A stretch of 63,116 nt of DNA, filler included, from Octopus bimaculoides (lineage: Eukaryota), in the NCBI RefSeq assembly GCF_001194135.2. It is 10 parts of 9 records of this genome, joined end to end, with 100 filler letters (N's around TTAATTAATTAA, not from the genome) between each part and the next. Parts side by side here need not be neighbours in the genome. Positions count along the whole stretch, not along the records: positions 23,282 to 27,794 come from NC_068988.1; positions 27,895 to 36,040 come from NC_068991.1; positions 36,141 to 46,394 come from NC_069005.1; 7 more parts are not named here. The stretch is one strand, 5' to 3'. This document shows, piece by piece, positions 26,093 to 38,183 of this stretch; positions within the stretch are counted from its first letter, which is position 1; every line of letters starts with the position of its first letter. Position numbers and translations under genes: made by a program. A model generated the notes under the pieces. That model had not been told where the DNA came from. It saw nothing but the letters and a program-made list of their open reading frames with translations, and ran no database searches.

Positions 26093-27436
26093 TAAATCCG
26101 TATATAAATAACTATGCAGTTAGAGATATGCGAACTCTCTTTTGCCCACTCGCTCTCTCTCTCTCTATATATATATATATGTATAGAATTATCTATATGC
26201 ATATGTATGTGTGTGCGTGTCTGTGTATAGATGTAGATTAGTAACTTTATATAGGTTTATACATTTAATTACGTACAGACGTATTTGCGTGCTTGCGTGT
26301 TTGTGCATGCATATACACGCATAGGTACATACACAAATAAACAAACAATACTTCACACAGGAACATTTGTGCGCACGCGATCTCTTCAGTAGCGCCATTT
26401 TTTGTTTCTTTTCACGCTCATGAAAGTACAAAATCGAATCTTTCCAACTCCTTCACTTATTTGTATACATTAATCCCACCTCTTCTTTCACACACTCAAT
26501 CTCTACTTTCTTCCCTTCTTTCTACACGCTCTAACACAAGCAGTAATAATGACATTTATCATATATTTTACAGATTCACATTTACCGCCTTATTTCACCT
26601 CCAGCAGTTTTATTGTTTTATTCAGTTTATAATAAATAGCCGATAGAGACAGGCTATTTAAGCACAGCTATTTGCATCTACACACAAACACGCATCGTAT
26701 ATGTGCCACTATTCGTATTTTCACACATATATATAAATCTATATATGTATATATGCATATGTAGTATACATAGGCGTTTATATATATATGTATATGTATT
26801 CATATGTATTTATATACAGGTACATATACGTATTCACTTATGCGTGTGTGTAAGCATATATGATACATACTCACACACAAACATATAAACAGATAGATGC
26901 ACCTATAGGTGTGCATGTTGGTTTGTATGCACACATACATTCTCATTTACTCTCGCTGCCATATAAATCTATGCAGAGAAAAAAAAGTTATATTCGTGCC
27001 GTAACGAATCAAAACCTAGATGAGAATAGAAACTGACTTACCCAACCCTAGCACGCACACACACACACACGCCCGATCGCCCGCCCGCCCGCACGCGCGC
27101 GCACACACATGTATATATATTTATACATATTCGAATACACACACGCACACACACACACACACACGCACACACGCACACACACATGTATATATATATTTAC
27201 ACGCATAAGATGCTCAATGAGAGAATTCATTTCTGAAAACTCGCCAATACCATTAACTATGCTCAAAAACTCATATGAAGTACACTTTCTCTCGTTTGCT
27301 AATACTGTAGAATTATCAGAAGGATAAAACAAAAGTGAAACTAGGAGTAGCATCATAAAGTTTTAGTTTCTTTTAAATATTATAATCTAACATATATATA
27401 TATAAGAGTTTACATGATTGCGCATAGAAAAATAGA

Positions 27437-27747
27437 TTAATCGATGAAAATCCAACTTAAACTGATTTTCACGTTTTATTATTTTTAACTTTTACAATTT
27501 TACAATTTTACAACACTGAAATAATCAAGTACTTTCATGCGTTACGCAATCATCAGATTTATGTAGTGACAGCCGAGTTCCACAATTGACACAGCTGTCA
27601 ATTGTGGAAGATGACTGTCACTACATAAATCTGACGATTGAGTAATACATGAAAGTACCAGTTTATTCCAATATTGTCAAATTGCGAAATTGTAAAACTT
27701 GCTAATAATAAAACGTGAAAATCAGTTTAAGCTGGATTTTCAATGAT

Positions 27748-27750
<3 letters not shown>
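27437..27750. mobile_element. Foldback palindromic element bounded by TTAA
   Basis: ttaatcgatgaaaatccaacttaaactgattttcacgttttatt pairs with aataaaacgtgaaaatcagtttaagctggattttcaatgattaa. The centre is ttccacaattgaca-cagc-tgtcaattgtggaa (loop 27592-27595). Confidence 0.75.
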
Positions 27751-27794
<44 letters not shown>

Positions 27795-27894
27795 NNNNNN
27801 NNNNNNNNNNNNNNNNNNNNNNNNNNNNNNNNNNNNNNTTAATTAATTAANNNNNNNNNNNNNNNNNNNNNNNNNNNNNNNNNNNNNNNNNNNN

Positions 27895-27930
<36 letters not shown>

Positions 27931-27932
<2 letters not shown>

Positions 27933-28090
27933 GACGGGCTTCTTCCAGTTTCCGTCTACCAAATCCACTCACAAGGCTTTGGTCGACCCGAAGCTATAGT
28001 AGAAGACACTTCCCCAATGTGCCACGCTGTGGGACTGAACCGGAAACCATGTGGTTGGTAAGCAAGCTACTTACTACGCACTCACTCCTA
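27931..28090 (-). mobile_element. SINE family A 5' half
   Basis: acgacgggcttcttccagtttccgtctaccaaatccactcacaagg...gggactgaaccggaaaccatgtggttggtaagcaagctacttac is the reverse complement of the family A head and core. Confidence 0.8.
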
Positions 28091-28148
28091 CACACACATA
28101 CACACAAGCATATGTATTTGTATGTACGTACGCATGTATGTATGTATG

Positions 28149-28180
<32 letters not shown>

Positions 28181-28612
28181 CAAGTTATATTAGAAATATT
28201 CCATTTTTTTTCTTTTCACAATCCAAGTGAATTCGGCTCAGTTGCGGTACATAAAAATTTTAGAGACGTATTAAACGTTGCAATGTATAAAGTCTCGATA
28301 AAAATCTTTGTTCATTGGAGTATAGACAACACACAGCTTAGGGCATATTTAGGTCAAGAACAAAATCACACAGCGACAACAGTGAATGCATATCGACGAG
28401 TAAGGTGAAGTATGTAGCAATAGTTAAGAGTTCTGTCATAATAATTCTTTCTACAATAGATACAGGGCCTCACATTTTAGTGGGGTGTCGAGGGATCGAC
28501 TTGTAAAAGATAAATTGCGAAGTCGATCTCGAAGAAGCGTTGTAATAATGAAAACTTAAACGTTTTTCATACATGTGTACATGTCTCTACAAGTAGTAAT
28601 AATGTTCGCGAG

Positions 28613-28653
<41 letters not shown>

Positions 28654-28729
28654 GAGGTTGTGGTCGGGGTGGTGGTGGTGGTGGTGGTGGTCGTCGTCGT
28701 CGTCGTCGTCGTCGAAACCGACATTTTCG

Positions 28730-29310
28730 GCAATGGAAATCCCGATGATGTTGCTTTAATACTGTATAATGAGATTCTTCAGAAGGATACTCTGAGGCGA
28801 AACACATAGCCCACAGTATGGGAGAAACCATATCCACTCATAATTATTGGTATTGGTGGAATGTCCCATTGAAAACCTAAATAAATTGTAAACATAATAG
28901 ACCTGACATAATGATTTGGGACAGAGAAAAGAAACTGCGTACGGTTGTGGAAATCAGATGCCCAGCGAATGTTAACATAAAGCTTAAACTTCAGCGAAAA
29001 AGGAAAATAACCAACACTGAACTACTGAGAAATCTACAGTTACTCTACCCAGATTACAAGTTCAGGTTTATACCTGTAATTATTGGGGTACTAGGATATG
29101 TAACACACTGCCTAAGTACCAATCTTGAGAAATTAAGGCTTCTCAAAACCAGAAAGGCGAAAGCTGATTCGAAGAGTACATTTCCAATTTTTACACTGGA
29201 ACTGTACAGATCTGTAAAACTTTCCAGAAGTTTATCATTTAGATATATATGAGCATGTCTAGATATGCAACTATATGCATGAGAATACATACATAAAACA
29301 AAACATTTGT
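28730..29310 (+). mobile_element. RLE-type LINE 3' fragment with restriction-like endonuclease domain
   Basis: RPDIMIWDREKKLRTVVEIRCPANVNIKLK...ELLRNLQLLYPDYKFRFIPVIIGVLG contains the PD-(D/E)xK motif. A homologous minus-strand copy is at 35125-35700. Confidence 0.85.
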
Positions 29311-29732
29311 AATCTGATTTTCTCATAACCGCTCTCTACTCGATTAACACTTCGTTTTGAAGCATAGGTATATTGAATTCTACACTAGGTTATTTGTCTC
29401 GTAATGGCTAAGCGAAATGTGTGTGTGTGTGTGTGTGCGCGCGTGCGCGCGTGTACATACGTATGTAGGTAGGTAGGTAGGTAGGTGTGCATATATGTAA
29501 GTATCTGTGTGTATCTATATATATATATATATACATACCAAATTTGATATAAATACGTTCAGGCACGAGGACACGTCCTTACTTCAGCAGTGAACGTTGA
29601 GAAAGAATATCCTTTGTGCGCAGTTAGACATATCAAAAGGAATTACGTTTCATTTAGTATCCGGGATGAAGTTTTAAGTTTTTCTTATATGTCATTACAT
29701 CCGGTATGTATGTATGTATGTATGTATGTATG

Positions 29733-29764
<32 letters not shown>

Positions 29765-29869
29765 CACGCATGCATGCGTGCATGTATGTATGTGCGTATG
29801 TATGTATGTATGTATTATGTATGATGTATGTATGTATGTATGTATGTATTATGTATACATGCATGCATG

Positions 29870-31760
29870 TTTCTTCTATTTTTTTAATTATTATAAATCT
29901 TCCACTGAGGAGGGAGCCGGTTTCCAACAAAGATACAAGGCTCCATCTTTGGGATGTAGTTAACACAGACAAATTCTCATTTGGAACTTGAGAAAGGTTT
30001 TGCTTATTTTTAGTGTTCCACTCACAGATTGCACTTGTAATGTTCGAATTAGCCGGTCAATTTCCCTTTCTGAAAATCCCAGTTTATCCAGATTCTCCTT
30101 TAAGCATTTACTAACAAAACCCAGTGCTCCAATTATTATTGGTATAAACATGAATTCATAGTTTGGATACAGAAGCTAGAGGTTTTGAAGCAGTTGTCCA
30201 TAGATATCTTCTTTTTCTTTGATTTTCAAAGAGATATTTATATCTGCAGGGCAGCTGACTTCTATGACGGCACATATCTTTGCCCCTCTGTCCCAAACAA
30301 CAATATCCGGCCAACTATGTTTACATTTGACAGAAGGTTTGATGGGAATATTCCACCAGTATTCTTTGAGTTGGTATCTATAAATGTATTCCATAGTTGA
30401 GGAATTTTCTAAGTTTATTTCAGGGCAGTCATTTTTGCAGATGGCATTGTAAATTATTTTAGCGACAACATCGTGCCGCATAGGGAGGTAGTACCGTGAC
30501 GACATTTTAGGACAGCTGCTAATCACATGCGTGATATCTTCCACAGAAACATGACATAGCCTACACGTGTGGTTACACCTTGGGATTACAAGAGCGCCAC
30601 TGTCTCTCTTGTTCACCAGGTACTTTGTGGCAATCTCCTGTTCCTGGATTGCAAACGCACAGCCTTCAAAGTGTGATGTGATGTAGTGGTCTTGTGTCCA
30701 AGAGAGGCTGCGCTTCGTGTCAATTCTACTGTCTTCTTCAAGTTTCAAGTCTTTTATATTTGTATGCTGAGTGTTTTCCATCCAGGTCTTCTCTGAGGTA
30801 AGAGAGCCCAGCTGTTTTGGGGCTTTATAGGAAATCATCAGAAACAGAGTGTTTCTTAAGGAGCTCACTACCAACTCGTACAGTGTTGCTCACTTCACTT
30901 TTCAGCGCTGCATTTATATATTTATTTTTGCTGCTGTTGTTCAGCAGGGGCTGTCTGAGTGATACTATACGACATTCGAAGGCCTTCTGCACTTATCTCA
31001 GGCCTCTACCACCTTCATTTCTTCTTAGGTAGAGCCTGTCAACATTAATGTTTCTGTAGAAGTTCCCAGTTGTTGTCAGGATTTTGCGGGTTTTGATATC
31101 TATGAAGTGGATTTCCTCTACAAACCAATGAAGTATCCCAAATGTTGGGATCAGCACTGGTACTGCAAATGCATTGTGGGATATTGTTTTGTTGTCAGAG
31201 GAGAGTTCCGACTGCCATATTTTCTAAGTCTGGTATAATATTCTCGTGTCAACCTATCTTTATTCACAGTGCCTTCATATGATACATTTCCATCTATGCC
31301 TAGGTACGTGTAACATTCTTTGTGTGAATGGAGGAGATAGAGAGACCGTTGATGCACAGGTTTTGGGTTTGGGGGACTGACTTTCCTCGTTCTATAACCA
31401 AATATGAACATTTCTTTTGGCCAAATCCCATGCCTGTATCAGCTGAAAATATTGTTATTAATTCCAGTTGTGTTTTAGCATTGTTAACACTTTTAGCATA
31501 AATCTACAAAGAAATTATGAGTTTCATCGATATTTCTAGCAATTGAAGATCCTAGCATGTAACCGTTTTTTTTTGCGGGGGGGGGGAGTTCGCAGTGGGA
31601 AACGATAATGGATTCAGTGCCAAAATGAAAAGAAGTACAGAAAGGCTATCTCCTTGGAATATCCCCTTGGAAATGCCTATAGTATCTGAAACAATTATTC
31701 TGTTCTCAATTGTAAAGGTGAGAATTGTTGTCCATGTCTTCAACATGGCACATTTTCTAT
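29870..31760 (-). mobile_element. Decayed RLE-type (R4-like) LINE: RT remnant, CCHC knuckle, RLE domain and 3' UTR ending in (CATA)n
   Basis: It carries ISKGIFQGDSLSVLLFILALNPLSF (RT, about 31590-31690), CYTYLGID, CRLCHVSVEDITHVISSC (CCHC), WPDIVVWD...VIEVSCPADINI...KEKEDIY (RLE) and FIPIIIGALG. The 3' UTR abuts the (TATG)n array at 29703-29870. Confidence 0.9.
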
Positions 31761-32179
31761 GTTCAACACCAGCTTAGTTAGTTGCAAATTTGACGGCCCT
31801 AGTGACAGCATAACTCTTTCTGTTATGCGACTATTACAATGTTCACTACCAACGCTGCGCAACTCATTTCATTTATATCTATTTTAATTCTGCGGCATAT
31901 AAGCCACCCAAACGAAATACATTGTAAGTCATGCGAAATTCGTTCATGTCTTGCTACACCAATTGTTTAACATTCACACACCAACCTAAAAAGAATTTTT
32001 ATTACTTCATACACATGCTCGTTATACTACAAGAATAAAATTTAATGTTATATATACCCTGCCTTCTAATATTACTTTCTTTATACATGCTGTCGCAGAA
32101 CGCTCACATTAAATTAATGACAACGCACACGTTATACTGGTTCCTGTTACATCGATGACTACATATATGAATATGCATG

Positions 32180-32478
32180 TATGTATTTCAAACAATTACA
32201 AAGAATAAAGAGACTGGTACATCTTCAAATTTTTCTTTTAATTTTACAGTTGATCATACAGCGTAATTATTTGGTTAAAATGACCGATACGTGTTTCTGC
32301 TGCACTGAGTATGTGAGTCCGATTCGAACCACGTTTGTAGAAAGGACCTGTACAGCAGAAACATGTGCTGGTCATTTTAGCCAACTAACTATGCTGCATG
32401 GCCAACTGTAAAATTAAAACAAAAATCTGAAGATGTACCAGTTTCTGTATTCTCTGTAATTGTTTGGAATTTACACTC
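32180..32478. mobile_element. Foldback palindromic element (about 125-bp arms, about 40-bp spacer)
   Basis: aaacaattacaaagaataaagagactggtacatcttcaaatt...ttacagttg...aaaatgacc...gtttctgctgcac pairs with gtacagcagaaac...ggtcatttt...caactgtaa...gaagatgtaccagtttctgtattctctgtaattgttt. Confidence 0.7.
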
Positions 32479-32915
32479 CCAAAAATATTCATGATTCGGA
32501 GAAGCGAACCTTGATTTACCCATCAGAAGAATTACAGTGCATTGCTCATACCAAGCGATCATTGATGTATATCACTATTTGATACGATTAGCGGAAACCT
32601 GGAATATAAAGGCAAGCTGTTACATTACCCGCCCAGATAATTTATCCCTATATGCTCATCTTTTAAATATATATATACCAGTATTGCTAGAAATAAGAGT
32701 CAAAACAAGTCAATAGCCACGGAAAACACTATCTTAATGACTGACAAGAGTGGCAAGCTCCCTACAGCAATGCACTTAGCCAGATTATCGATGATCTAGC
32801 AATAGTGGGGCTGATTAATCCCCTTTTGTCACTTTAGTATGTCTATATTTCTGCCTTTAGGTTGCAAAATTGCGAATTAGCCACCCATATTATTTACAAT
32901 TTTCACTTTTATCGT

Positions 32916-34284
32916 TCACTAACAATATAGCCCGGCTTTGCTCGGGATTAAGTTAGGATTATTAAGCTAATCAAGTTCTTTATTTCAAACCAAACCATCG
33001 ACGTCAAATTTTAGCGAAATCCGTTGAAATTGGTAAACTTTTGGTTAAAAATTAGTTGTAGACAATTTGATTGGAAAATCCCATAAGAAATCGGTTTATC
33101 GATTTTTTCCACTCATCGATTGTTTTTTTCGTTTTTGGAGAACTTAAAGCATTCAAAGATCCCATGAGTCCCAAGTAATGCTGGCATCAAGTTTGAACAA
33201 AATTCATCAAAATTGGTAAAAGTTATGGTTGAAAATGGGGTGTAGCCAGTTTTAGTGGGAAGTCCAATAAGGAATCGGTTTATCGATTTTTTAAATCCTG
33301 ATTAAACGGAAGACCCCATAAGGAATCAGTTTATTGATTTTTCACCCCGAATAGGACTTAACCGAACACAACATTACTGATTCAAAAACATCTATATATA
33401 TACTTTTAAGTTGGTTTTCATACCCAGCCCAGTTCTGCAGAATTAGCGCATGGGTTGGGAGTTTGACCGGNNNNNNNNNNNNNNNNNNNNNNNNNNNNNN
33501 NNNNNNNNNNNNNNNNNNNNNNNNNNNNNNNNNNNNNNNNNNNNNNNNNNNNNNNNNNNNNNNNNNNNNNNNNNNNNNNNNNNNNNNNNNNNNNNNNNNN
33601 NNNNNNNNNNNNNNNNNNNNNNNNNNNNNNNNNNNNNNNNNNNNNNNNNNNNNNNNNNNNNNNNNNNNNNNNNNNNNNNNNNNNNNNNNNNNNNNNNNNN
33701 NNNNNNNNNNNNNNNNNNNNNNNNNNNNNNNNNNNNNNNNNNNNNNNNNNNNNNNNNNNNNNNNNNNNNNNNNNNNNNNNNNNNNNNNNNNNNNNNNNNN
33801 NNNNNNNNNNNNNNNNNNNNNNNNNNNNNNNNNNNNNNNNNNNNNNNNNNNNNNNNNNNNNNNNNNNNNNNNNNNNNNNNNNNNNNNNNNNNNNNNNNNN
33901 NNNNNNNNNNNNNNNNNNNNNNNNNNNNNNNNNNNNNNNNNGATCGTTTGCGAAGGACCGTGTCTACAGTGAACACTGAGGATTTTTGCTCTGGTAACTT
34001 CTGCTCTCTCCCATGTTCACGCACGACCAGCTATATGTCGGTATGAGTAGAGCAACGGATTCAGCTAATTTGGAAATTAGTTGTGGAGAAACGGATAATA
34101 TCGTTTATATTGGGTATACGGGCAACACACACACGTACACCTATTGCATACATGTGTTTTGTACGCATACATGTTCGTGTGTGTGTGAATTAAGCCATTC
34201 ACACATACATACATACATACATAACAACCCCTGTCTGTTTTTGTCTGTCAGTCACTCACTAAAAAGACAAGATTTTAAAAATCT

Positions 34285-34329
<45 letters not shown>

Positions 34330-34616
34330 NNNNNNNNNNNNNNNNNNNNNNNNNNNNNNNNNNNNNNNNNNNNNNNNNNNNNNNNNNNNNNNNNNNNNNN
34401 NNNNNNNNGGGGATTTAACTCATGTTTGCAAATGATGGTGTATTTCTCCGACTTGAAAATTGTTAGAAGTTATGGTTCAAAATTATTTTTACCGCTATTC
34501 GCTAGTGCCTCGGGGGAAAATAATTTGATGAAAATACAGCTAGGGTCGTGACGAATGTCCTTCTAAAATTTGAGCGACATGCGTGCTAATTTGTGGATGT
34601 GCATAAATTACATTCA

Positions 34617-34659
<43 letters not shown>

Positions 34660-34681
34660 TCTGCCTTTTATATATACAGAT
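32916..34681 (+). mobile_element. Non-autonomous Helitron derivative carrying the C-terminus of the PIF1-like helicase
   Basis: The 5' end is tcactaacaatatagcccggctttgctcggg. At 34013-34108 it encodes MFTHDQLYVGMSRATDSANLEISCGETDNIVY (cf. VFSHGQLYVAxSR...TxNIVY). It has internal diverged repeats (aattggtaaa...aatcggtttatcgattttt) and a 3' end of (CA)n plus ctgccttttatatatacagat. Two gaps lie inside it. Confidence 0.7.
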
Positions 34682-35124
34682 GAAATCAGCGTGTAATTTC
34701 AACGGAATCCTATAAGCTGACAAGGCGAGCTGAGTTTAACCCTAGGTGCGGTGAAAGCCACCGATGAGCATTAAGATGTATTAAGCATCAAAATGTGAAA
34801 GCATCGATAATCTGGCTATATCTGTTGCCGTAGGGAGCTTGCCTCCCTTGTCAATCATTAAGATAGTACTTCTGGCGCTGAGTTGTTTTGACTCTTATTT
34901 CTAGCAATACTGGTGCTGATTAGTGCGCTTTATCACTTTAGTGACGTATATATTTCTACCTTTAGGTTGTAAAATTGTGAATAAGCCACCTATATTATTT
35001 GTGTGTGTGTACGTGTGTGTGTGCGCGCGAGCGCGCGTTTATGTATGTATGTATATATGTATGCATTTATATAAATATGTATGTATATATACATACATAC
35101 ATTTACGCATGTATGCATGTATGC

Positions 35125-35700
35125 CATTATTCACTTTTATTTCAAGATTTCTTGCCAATAGAGAAAGAGCCGGTTTCTAACCTAGATCCAAGGTTCCTTC
35201 ACTGGAATTTCAACAACATCAGCAGGGTATTTTTGCATGTATGTATGTGTATGTACAGTATTTAGATTCAGTGCACGCGCAGATTTTTATGTTTTGTTTT
35301 ATGTATGTATTCTCATGCATATAGTTATATGTCTAGACATGCTCAAATATACTTAGATGATAAACTTCTGGAAGGTATTACAGATTTTCACAGTTCCAGT
35401 AATGGATTGGATCTGTAGTCTTCGAAACAGCTTCCTCTTCTCTAGTTTTGAGAAGCCTAATTTCTCAAGATGAGTACTTAGGCAGTGTGCTATATATTGG
35501 AGTAATTATTGGAGTATTTTTGGATGTACGAGTATTTCGAGTCAGTGTCATATGTAGAGTTGTATATTTTATTTTATATATATTTTTTCATGCATATAGT
35601 TATGTATCTAGACAAACCTAACTTGTAATCTTGGTAGAGTAACTGTAGATTTCTCAGTAGTTCAGTGTTGGTTCTTTTTTTCGCTGATCTTTAGCTATGT
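35125..35700 (-). mobile_element. 5'-truncated RLE LINE copy embedded in (TATG)n
   Basis: It is homologous to 28985-29310 (ccaacactgaactactgagaaatctacagttactctacc...) and includes the full 3' UTR. It is flanked by (ATGT)n-rich sequence at 35040-35125 and 35697-35810. Confidence 0.8.
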
Positions 35701-36140
35701 ATGTATGTATGTATGTATGTATGTATGTATGTATGTATTATGTACGTATGTATGTATGTATGTATGTATGTATGTATGTATATATGTATGTATCTATGTA
35801 TGTATGTATGCATTAATGGTTGTGTACATGTAAGTACTTATGCACAGTTGTCTCTCAGTTTGAAAGTACCCAGTTGGCATACATTCATTTCACAATAACG
35901 CTGTTTTGCATCGTAATTTTTTTCTTTGAATTAAGAAAATCTGTTTTGTCATTTCGTTTCGCCTTCTTTAATTTTTCTTTCACTTCATTTAACTTTCTAT
36001 TATATACATACATATATAAATATATATATATATATATATANNNNNNNNNNNNNNNNNNNNNNNNNNNNNNNNNNNNNNNNNNNNTTAATTAATTAANNNN
36101 NNNNNNNNNNNNNNNNNNNNNNNNNNNNNNNNNNNNNNNN

Positions 36141-36182
<42 letters not shown>

Positions 36183-36184
36183 TG

Positions 36185-36233
<49 letters not shown>

Positions 36234-36949
36234 GTATGTGTATGTATGTATGTATGTATGTATGTATGTTATCTTTGTTAGTGATGAAGACGATTTGGTA
36301 GAAGTGAAAACCTTGTCACAATGGAAGACATAAAGTAAACGTACGCCGCCAAACGAAGATAAAGCGTGGGCAAGTAAATATATTGGAATATAAATTAAAA
36401 TATAAATGATTAAAGATTAAAGCTGAAATGGATTGAAGTGAAAGAAAAACAAATAAAACGCAGGCGTGTATATGTCTGGACTCGTTGCTGGTTAGAGACA
36501 ATATTGTTAATCTCTTCAATGAGATTATAGAGCGTTGTAATAAAGTTAATGGCAAGAGAAAAAAAATAATGAGAATTCATAAATTGATGGTTTAATAGGA
36601 AATTGTAAATTGCAGGTGGAATAATTAAATAAATTAATTAATGGTGGAAGGTTAATTAAGTTCCTAGGTTAAATAATGGAGTGAATGTATTAAAAGGTAG
36701 CAAGCTACTAGAATGCAAAATCTTAGCTTCATCAGTTTCTTTTGTGTAGTTTCTGTGATCGAGGTTTATTGAATTGAGAGGCAGAAATAAAAGAGCTGAC
36801 GTGGCTTATTACGAATGGCCGCCAGTGAAAATAAACTTTGTTTTCTCTCGAAAAGTAGACATATTGTATGGTGTCAAGCTCAGTGCAAATGGACTGAGTT
36901 GCTAGGAAAATATCTTGGTGTACAGTCTTTCGATGATGACTTATATTAA

Positions 36950-37096
36950 ATAAAAATAATAATAATAACAATAATAATAATAATAAGGAGGAGGAGGAGG
37001 AGGAGGAGAAGAAGAAGAAGAAGAAGAAGAAGAAGAAGAAGAAGAAGAAGAAGAAGAAGAAGAAGAAGAAGAAGAAGAAGAAGAAGAATGATATTG

Positions 37097-37161
<65 letters not shown>

Positions 37162-37162
37162 C
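36950..37162. repeat. Compound triplet array (TAA)n(GGA)n(GAA)n(TAA)n
   Basis: Direct reading. Confidence 0.95.
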
Positions 37163-37164
37163 AT

Positions 37165-37360
37165 GCTCGTTCGATTCCAGGATCGTAAAGAAAAGGATGA
37201 AAACCAAACAAAAGCAAAAAGTACAATTCCTTAAAATTTAAAATAGGAAGAATTTGGAGTACGAGGACTGTAAAGGTCGTGCCTATAATAACTGGTGCTC
37301 TGGGAACAGTAAGCAAAGATATAGACAAATAGTTGAAGAAGATTGGAATGGAAATTACAA
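37165..37360 (+). mobile_element. RLE LINE C-terminal fragment adjacent to (TAA)n
   Basis: It encodes KVVPIITGALGTVSKDIDK*LKKIGME, an R4-type C-terminal motif, and starts right after the (TAA)n array ending near 37160. Confidence 0.6.
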
Positions 37361-38125
37361 ATAGTAGAATATTCCATATATATTAAAACCTGCGATGAAT
37401 TCCTTTGAAATCCAAATATTAATTGCGATGAATCACCTTTTCCTTCGTTTTCTTTGTTTTAGTTTCTAAAGGTGTTTTATGTTGATACAATTTTGTTTTC
37501 AAAGAACTGATAGTTAACCCTCTATATAAAAATCGTTTACTGTTTATCTCATTGCCTCGTGATATTCTTTTAGTAAGCGATCGTTTAGATTACCTCAATT
37601 AAATTAAAAAGTTTTCTATTTGAAGGATTGTTTTTAAATTCCGTAAAATAGGGTTCATTAATTTTTATTCCAAATTATTGATAGCTGACTATGAAGTTAT
37701 ATAATTCGGTTTGATAGGGGTTTGATGCCTTTATGGTACGAAGTTACTTTTGATCTTCCAAACGGAATAGATCTTCCTGCCTGAAGGAATCGCGACAAAC
37801 ATTTGTGAATAGCACCAACGAATCCATTCAACTGGGCTAATATTTTCCTAAACGAGACCCTCGTAAAACAACGATTTGGTTGCCTTTTCCAGAGACCAAT
37901 TCCAAAATTTGGCAGTGTTGTGAATCTCCAACAGACACCAAAATTAGAAAATAATATTTCATAAACCATAAAACACATAAATTAATTAAATTCGTTACTT
38001 GCAAATATTTAATTATTAATTAGTTTTTGTGTTTCTAATAAGATTAATTTAAAAAGAAAGTCTACACCTCATCTTTACATAGAGACCTCGGACCAGTTTG
38101 CTTCTATACACAAAAATATAAGCAT

Positions 38126-38183
<58 letters not shown>

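Noticed and set aside
27200-27307. Minus-strand exon-like segment with a good acceptor (LANERKCTSYEFLSIVNGIGEFSEMNSLIEHLMR)
   Set aside because: No resemblance to the expected CNG C-linker exon and a weak donor.
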